Shown here piece by piece: positions 56,166 through 64,000 of a stretch of 64,000 nucleotides of DNA (positions within the stretch are counted from its first letter, which is position 1; the number at the start of each line of letters is the position of its first letter). Source of the DNA: the human T2T-CHM13v2.0 reference genome, Homo sapiens. Made by a program: the position numbers and the translations under genes. The stretch is taken from the NCBI RefSeq assembly GCF_009914755.1, contig NC_060938.1, one strand, 5' to 3'. The notes below the pieces were generated by a model. The model was not told the origin of the DNA and searched no databases. It saw only the letters and a list, made by a program, of their open reading frames with translations.

Positions 56166-58060
56166 GGGTGTGTGTGTCTGAGGGTGAGTGAGTGTGTGTG
56201 TGAGGGTGTAAGGGTGTGTGTGAGAGTGTGGGTGTGGAGTGTGTGACAGTGTATGAGGGTGTGGGTGTGAGGGTATGTGAGGGTGTGTGGGTGTGTGTGT
56301 GTGAGGGTGAGTGTGAGAATGTGAAGTCTGAGGGCTGTGTGATGGTGTGTGAGGGTGTGTGTGAGAGAGGGTGTGAGGGGGTGTGTGAGGGTGTGTGAGG
56401 GTGAGTGGGTGTGTCGGTGTGAGGGTGTGTGGGTGTGAGAATGCATGAAGTCTGAGGGTTGTGATGGTGTGTGTGGGTGTGTCAGGGTGTGTGTGTGGGC
56501 ATGTGAGGGTGTGAGGGTGTATGAGGGTGTGGGTGTGTGAGGGTGAGTGGGTGTGTCGGTGTGAGGGCACATGAGGGTGTGTGGGTGAGTGTGAGAGAGA
56601 ATGCGTGTGAAGTCAGTGTGTGATGGGTGAGGGTGTGTGGGTGTGTGAGGGTGTGTATGAGGGCATGTGAGGGTGTGTAAGGGTGTGAGGGGGTGAGGGT
56701 GTGACTGAGAGTGTAAGGGTGTGGGGATGTGTGAGGATGTGTGTGTGAGGATATAAGTGTTAGGGGTGCATGAGAGTGTGAGGGTGTGAGGGCTTGTAAA
56801 TGTTTGTGAAGGTGTGGGAGTGTGGAGATATGCGGAAGTGTGGGGTGAGTGTGAGGGTTGTGAGAATGTGTGGGAGGGTGTGAGTGTGGGATGTATGAAG
56901 TTGGGATTGTGTCAGCATGTGTGTGAGAATGTGGGTGTATGAGGGTGTAAGGGTGTGTGAGAATGTGGGTGTGTATGGATGTGTGGGTGTGTGGATGTGT
57001 GTGGGTGTGTGAAGTGAGAATGTGTGTGTGGGTGTGTGTATGAGGGTGTGAGGGTGTGAGGGTTGTGGATGTGGGGTGTGTGAGGGTGTGAGGGAGTGTG
57101 GGTGTGTGGTGTGTGAGGGTGTGTGTATGTGTGTGAGGATGTGTGGGATGTGTGTGGATGTGTGGGAGTGTGAGGGATGTGTGGGGTGTGTGGATGTGTG
57201 GGAGTGTGAGGATGTGTGAGGGTGTGTGGGGATGTGAGGGTGTGTGTGGATGTGTGGGGATGTGAGGGTGTGTGTGGATGTGTGGGGTGTGTGTGGATGT
57301 GTGGGGTGTGTGGGGTGTGTGTGGATGTGTGGGAGTGTGAGGATGTGTGGGTGTGTGTGGGGTGTGTGTGGATGTGTGGGGTGTGTGGGGTGTGTGTGGA
57401 TGTGTGGGGTGCTTCAGAATGTGTGTGGATGTGTGGGAGTGTGAGGATGTGTGAGGGTGTGTGGGGTGTGTGGATGTGTGAGGGTGTGAGGGTGTGTGTG
57501 CACGTGTGGGGTGTGGGGTGTGTGTGGATGTGTGGGGTGTGTGGGGTGTGTGTGGATGTGTGAAGGTGTGAGTGTGAGGGTGTGTGGATGTGTGGGGTGT
57601 GTGAGGGTGTGTGAGGGAGTGGGTGTGTGGTGTGTGAGGGTGTGTGTATGTGTGTGAGGATGTGTGTGGATGTGGGGTGTGGGGTGTGTGGGGATGTGTG
57701 GGAGTGTGAGGATATGTGAGGGTGTGGGGATGTGAGGGTGTGTGTGGATGTGAGGGTGTGTGTGGATGTGTGGGGTGTGTGTGGATGTGTGGGGATGTGA
57801 GAGTGTGTGTGAGTGTGAGGGTGTGAGGGTGTGTGTGGGGTGTGGGGTGTGTGGATGTGTGGGGGTGTGTGGGGATGTGAGGGTGTGTGTGGATGTGTGG
57901 GGTGTGTGGGGTGTGGGGTGTGAGGGTGTGTGGGGATGTGAGGATGTGTGGGGTGTGTGGGGTGTGTGTGGATGTGTGGGGTGTTTGAGGATGTGTGTGG
58001 ATGTGTGGGAGTGTGGGGATGTAAGGGTGTGAGGGCTTGTGGGGATGTGTGGTGTGTGTG
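56166..58060. repeat. GT-rich degenerate tandem array (gtgtgaggg/gtgtggat/gtgggg)
   Basis: ~1.9 kb almost free of C on the + strand. Confidence 0.95.
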
Positions 58061-58621
58061 AGCGGCTGTGTGCACTGGCCGAGTTGCCTGCTGCTGTCCT
58101 GGCCTGGGGCCAGGCGTGTGCCAGCTCCTGTGTTTGTTGTGTGCCCGGCGTGTGCTGGGTGCCCGAGTCGGGCTGGGTGTGTCTGGGTGTGGCCCTGGGG
58201 TGTCCCTTTCTGGACGTGTGTCTCCGTGCAGAACGGAGGTCCTCGTGTTCCCAGAAGGAAGCCCCCAGCCCCAGGCGGGTGCCTGAGAATAGACCTGGGG
58301 CCTGTGGGCGTGGCAGGGCTGCCCCTCGGCTCCTCATGGACCCCCCGGACACCAGTCCCACCCTGTGTCTGTGATGCTCCCTCTCTGAGCCTTCCCTGAC
58401 CCCATGTGCCAAAGCCTGGCCCAGCAATGCCACGTGTGCATGTGTGAGCGTGAGCTTGGCAGCGGGTGGGAGAATGTGTGCGTCAGTGTGTGAGCGTGAG
58501 CACGGCCTGTGCTTGTCTGGCTGTGGGACTGGGGGCCTCTGTGACGCTGTGAGCCCTTGTGGACCTGAGTGTGGGCCGTGTGAGCTGTGTGCACGTGGCT
58601 GTGGCTGAGTGTGAGCCTCTG

Positions 58622-59050
58622 AGTGTGTGTGTCTGTGCCGTGTACCTCTGTGTGTCTATATGTGTCTGTGTGCCTCTGACTTTATGTGTGTCTGTATCTA
58701 TCTCTGTGTGTGTCTCTGCGTGTGGTAGCATGTCTGTGCTTGTGTACCTGTGTCTGCGTGTGTCTTTGTCTCTGTGTGTGCCTATGCGTGTCTGTGTGTG
58801 GTAGTGTGTCTGTGCTTGTGTTTCTGTGTCTGTGTGTCTCTGACTCTGTGTGCCTATGTGTGTCTGTGTGTCTCTGTGTGTGTGGTAGTGTGTCTGTGTG
58901 TCTCTGACTCTGTGTGTGCCTATGTGTGTGTGTGTCTCTCTCTGTGTGTGTTAGTGTGTTTGTGTGTATTGTGTGTCTTTATGTCTCTGTATGTCTATGT
59001 GTCTGTGTGTCTCTGTGTGTTTGTGTGTTCTGTGTGTCTCTGTGGGGTGT
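58622..59050. repeat. (TG)/(TGTGTC)-rich low-complexity array
   Basis: Directly visible. Confidence 0.9.
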
Positions 59051-59779
59051 GCATGACTATATTTGTGGGAGGCTGTATGTGCAGGAAGGGCCCCCTGAGC
59101 CCTGTCACCCGGGCTGCACCCTGGGGGTCTTCCCAGGGATCCTTTCCTCAAACTTGAGTCCTCCCTGGAGGGCTTAGGTTCCACTGAGGGGGTGGGCGCA
59201 GGCACAGACCCCTCCTCTAGGAGGCTGGGGTGGGGCTGTCCTGCCTGGCTGGGACACGGGTCAGAATGTCCCCCCATGTGGTCCACCCTGTTCTAGGCAC
59301 AGGGTGTCATCTCCCAGGGTCTCAGCTGCTGGGGTGATGGGCCCCGGACAGCCCCTGGGTGTGGGGTGGGGTCCTATGGAGGCCTCTGTGTCCCACTGAA
59401 GATGCAGGGCTGGGGTTGGGCAGGTCTGTTCTGGGGTGGTCTCGTGGGGCAACCCCAGAGGGTACTGAGGCCGGGGTAGGGTTGGGCGACCCCACCTAGG
59501 GTCTACGGGCTGAAAGCGCCTGGGTTGGCCAGGCCTGGGCACAGGGGAGGACAGAGGTTTGGTGACAGGTGGGCTGTGAGGGGCCCAGCAGGTGCACGGA
59601 GGAAGCTCTGTCCCCAGGTGACCCACAAAATCCTCTTCCGAGGGTGCTGGGGGTCCTGTTCCTGGGGGCCATGCCTGGGACCTCCATGCAGGGGTCTCCT
59701 CCCTGGCCCAGCTCCCCTGGGGCAAGGTCCGACTTGTTACCCCCTCCACCAGGCAGTCCTCTGGGAAGTGCCCTGGGGC

Positions 59780-60070
59780 CTGGTCACTCTGGGCCTGGCC
59801 ACAGCATTGGCCTGGACATGGGGTGTGGCTGGGGAGTGTGAATAGTCAGGAATCCTGCAAACCAGCTGCCTGGGTGCCAGCCTTCCCCCCACCTCCCCCA
59901 ATGCAAATCGCCATCTCGGAGGTGGGTGGGGGTTTCCACACCACTGTCCCACCTGCTCTGTGGTTCCCATTTTCAGCATTTTTAGAAATATTTGCAAGAA
60001 TGTGTTTGTGCCTGTGTGGTGGGGTGGGGGTGGGAGCTGCGGCCCGGTGCCCATGAGGTCTTGTTTTTCA
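59780..60070. promoter_or_regulatory. IGH 3' regulatory region enhancer hs4 (alpha2 copy) core
   Basis: Perfect octamer ATGCAAAT 59901-59908, NF-kB site GGGGGTTTCC 59928-59937, E-boxes CAGCTG 59863 and CACCTG 59950, RUNX TGTGGT 59959. Its position beyond the ELK pseudogene fits the known order ELK2-hs4-hs1,2-hs3-Calpha. Confidence 0.8.
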
Positions 60071-60875
60071 GACTGGACGGGGGTGGGGGAGGGGGAGCTG
60101 CGGCCCCCCCACCTGCTAGTGTGTCCAGCCTCCTGAGTGGGGCAGCGAGCGTCCTGGCTGGGCCCCAGGGCATGACCCCCGATGAGTGTGAGGCGCTGAG
60201 GCCGAGTCTGGTCCTTGGCGAGGAGGCCCAGAAGGCCCAGGTGCCCGTCCTGAGCGTTATCCAGGGCCCTGCCTCAGGCCTCATGCCGGGGCCAAGCCCA
60301 GGGCTGGCTGGTGGCCACGCAGAGGTGAGAGGGGCGGGGAAGTGAGGCTGGGTTGGAGGAAAGCTGAGGGGCCCAGGCCTCCCACTCCAGCCCCCGAGGC
60401 AGACCCTGGCCCACCCAGGGACCCCCTCCCATGCACACAAGCACACACAACACATATATGGGCATGCGTGTGCACACACACTCGCTGCAGCCCGCAGCAC
60501 TGGCTGGCCCAGGTGTCCTCGGGACGTGGTCCACGCGGTGCTGACACGAGCTGGCCCTGAGCGCGGGCTCTGCGGGGTGCCATTCCCAGGCCCTGCAGGG
60601 GCACATGCGGTGTCGTGGGGCAGCAACTGTGACCTCTGCCCCGCAGACCCGGACATGCCGCCAGAGAGGCCAAGGCGTACGCTCTCCGAGCCTTCCCTGA
60701 CCCCATGTGCCCAAGCCTGGCCCAGCAACGCCATGTGTGCATGTGTGAGTGTGAGCTTGGCAACAGGTGGGAGAATGTGTGTGTTAGTGCATGAGTGTGA
60801 GCATGAGCGTGTGAGATGCAAGCGTGTGTGCAGTGAGTGGTGGATGAGCTGGAGGTGTGAGGTTGTGCGTGATGC

Positions 60876-61470
60876 GGACAGGTGTGTAGTGTGGACAGGT
60901 GTGTGGTGTGGACAGGTGTGTGGGGTGGACAGGTGTGTGGTGTGGACAGGTGTGTGGGGTGGACGGGGTGTAGTGTGGACAGGTGTCTGGTGTGGACAGG
61001 TGTGTGGTGCGGACAGGTGTGCGGTGTGGACAGGTGTGTGGTGTGGGCAGGTGTGTGGGGTGGATGGGGTGTAGTGTGGACAGGTGTGCAGTGTGGACAG
61101 GTGTGCAGGGTGGACAGGTGTGCGGGGTGGACAGGTGTGCGGGGTGGACAGGTGTGTGGTATGGACAGGTGTGTGGGGTGGACAGGGATGTGGGGTGGAT
61201 GGGTGTAGTGTGGACAGGTGTGTGGTGTGGACAGGTGTGTGGGGTGGACAGGGTGTAGTGTGGACAGGTGTGTGGTGTGGACAGGTGTGTGGGGTGGACA
61301 GGGTGTAGTGTGGACAGGTGTGTGGTGTGGACAGGTGTGCGGTGTGGACAGGTGTGTGGTGTGGGCAGGTGTGTGGGGTGGATGGGGTGTAGTGTGGACA
61401 GGTGTGTAGTGTGGACAGGGGTGTAGTGTGGACAGGTGTGTGGGGTGGACAGGTGTGTGGTGTGGACAGG
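60876..61470 (+). repeat. ~17-bp minisatellite (tggacaggtgtgtggtg), ~35 units
   Basis: Visible tandem units, most containing CAGGTG. Confidence 0.95.
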
Positions 61471-61541
61471 GGAGGCAGGTTCATGACACGGGGCAGGACA
61501 GTGGCCAGGGGCTGCAAGCGTGACCTGCGGGAGGGGGTGCC

Positions 61542-61960
61542 TGTGTGCGGGCATGTCTGTGTGTGTCTTTATGTGTCTGTGTGTGTGTGTCTCTATGTGT
61601 GTCGGTGTGTGTCTGTGCATCCACGTGCATGTGTGTGTGCATATCCGTGTGTCTGTGTCTTTATGTGTCTGTGTGTGTATGTGTTTGCCTGTGTGTGTCT
61701 CTGTGTCTGTGCATCCATGTGGATGTGTGTCTATATGTGTGTCTCTGTGCACATATGTGTGTGTGTCTGTGCATGTCCGTGTGTGTCTGTGCATTTCTGT
61801 GTGTGTCTCTGTGCATGTCTGTGTGTGTCTCTGTGCATGTCTGTGCATGTCTCTGTGTGTGTGTCTCTGTGCATGTCTGTGTGTGTCTGTGCGTTTCTGT
61901 GTGTGCATGTCTGTGTGTGTCTGTGTGTATGTGTGTGTGTCTGTGCATGTCTGCGTGTCT
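61542..61960. repeat. (TGTGTC/TGCATG)-rich array
   Basis: Directly visible. Confidence 0.9.
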
Positions 61961-62400
61961 GAGTGTCAGGGGATGGCCTGTGCGGGGCTCGCAGTGCAGG
62001 CGGGTTTGCTCACACCTCCCCCGCAGGGCTGAGCCTCCAGACTCCCAGCCCCATACAGGCCCCAGCCCAGGGGGGAGCCGGGCGGCGCTTGGGGCCTGGA
62101 GCCCTGACCCGGGGAGTCAGGGCAGGACTAGGGTGGAGGCTCTGGTGACTCAGCCTCCTCGTATGTGTGCACTGCAGTTTGTCCTCCGTGCATCCCTTGG
62201 TGGACACTTGTGGGGCTTCCTGGGAGGCGGCCCCAGACTTGGACAGATTCTAGGACCCAGAGGGATGGGGCAGAGGCAGGGATGACAGAGACAGACACAA
62301 AGCAGAGAGACGGAGGCAGAGGGAGACATGCAGAGTCGCGGAGACATCCGGGCTCAGGCCCCGACTCTCAGGGGCCACCCCCAGGGAGGACACGCAGTGC

Positions 62401-64000
62401 ACCCCCACACCCACACCTCACACACACACTCACACCCACATACCCCCATCCACACACACCCAGAGACACACAGACACCCACAGCCACACACTCACACTCA
62501 CGAACTTATCCAGTCACGTCCCACACACTCCCACCCAACCCATACACCACACACCTACACAACCCATACACCACACACACTCACAAACTATATACCACAC
62601 ACACACCAACCATACACCTATATACACTCACACACCCATATACCACACACTCACACACAACCCATACACCACACGCACACAACCCATACACCTATACACA
62701 CTCACACCTACAAACTATATACTACACACTCACACACAACCCATACACCTATACACACACACCCATATACCACACACAACCCATACACCACACACACAAA
62801 CCATATACCACACACTCACACAACCCATACACCTATACACACTCATACCCATATACCACATACAACCAATATACCACACACACACAACCCATACACCTAT
62901 ACACACACACCTATACACCACACACAGCCCATACACTACACAATCACACCACAAACTGTATACCACACACTCACACATAACCCATACACCTATACACACA
63001 CACCCATATACCACACACACAACCTGTGCACCTACACACACACATACACCACACACACACAACTCCTACACCTACACACACCCACCACCCATACACACAC
63101 AGCCTATACACCTACACACACTCATACACTCATATAGCACACACACAACCCATATACCACACACACAACCCACATACCTATACACACACGCCCATACACC
63201 ACACACTCACACAACCCATGCACCACATACACCCACAAACTATATGCTACACGCTCACACACAACCCATACACCTATACACAATCCCACAACCCATACAC
63301 ACTTACACAACCTATACACCACACACACTCACAATCTGTATACCACACACACAACCCATACAGTTATACACACACACCCATATACCACACACACACAACC
63401 CATATACCACACACTCACACACAAACCATACATCTATACACATACCCATATGCCACACATACAACCCATACACCACACACTCACACACAACACATACACC
63501 ACACACACAACCCATAGAACACAAACACAAGTCATAACCACACACACAGCCCATATACCTATACACATTCACACACACAACCCATACACTACACACACAA
63601 CACATACACCTATACACACTCACACTCAATTCATACACCACACACACACAGCCCATACATCTATACACAAACTCACACACAATCCATATACCACAAACTC
63701 ACACACAACGCATACACCTATACACACACACGCAACTCATACAGCACACACTCACACAACCCACAGACCATAAACACACACAAGCCATAACCACACACAA
63801 ACCCATACACCTATACACACACTCATAAACAAGCCATACACCCCTACACAACCCATACACCACACACTCACAACCCATACACCTATATACACACACAACC
63901 ATATACCACAAACTCACGCTCAACACATACACCTATACACACACACAACTCATACACCACACACTCATACACAACGCACAGACCACATACACAAGCCATA
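62401..64000. repeat. CA-rich degenerate tandem array (acacacaacccatacacctatac...), runs off the window end
   Basis: Almost G-free + strand with recurring aacccatacacc/ataccacacac units. Confidence 0.95.

Noticed and set aside
56166-58060. Immunoglobulin switch region or telomeric repeat
   Set aside because: No GAGCT/GGGCT pentamer density and no TTAGGG array; no Ig constant exons in the window.
55971-63932. His/Thr/Pro-rich and Cys/Val-rich ORFs up to 511 aa
   Set aside because: Read-through of GT/CA tandem arrays.

Overview
Human (primate) genomic DNA. Gene content and order match 14q32.33, on the centromeric (3') side of the IGH constant-region locus. 1-19 kb is a repeat-dense intergenic block (many Alus, L1 fragments, nested THE1/LTR47/MLT1 LTRs) with a ~2.6-kb G-rich 36/37-bp VNTR expanded inside an old L1 3' end. 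19.6-23.7 kb is a CpG island carrying TMEM121 (single coding exon, 318 aa here). Next come an ATP5MC1 processed pseudogene (~30.2-30.8 kb) and an ELK1 processed pseudogene (ELK2BP-like, ~38.9-43.3 kb) split inside its ETS domain by a solo LTR12. That retrocopy appears to sit in a MER31-type ERV that also holds an orphan gamma-type pol/env fragment and two head-to-head solo HML-2 LTR5s. 50.5-55.3 kb is a cluster of co-oriented CTCF-like motifs (candidate IGH 3' anchor). At ~59.9 kb is an octamer + NF-kB enhancer core matching IGH 3'RR hs4, bracketed by a ~120-bp direct repeat, GT-rich arrays and an E-box-dense 17-bp minisatellite. TMEM121 is the only credible protein-coding gene. I do not see a clearly new biological system; the best leads are regulatory architecture. 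Repeat subfamily names and reference comparisons are from memory, and repeat boundaries are approximate.
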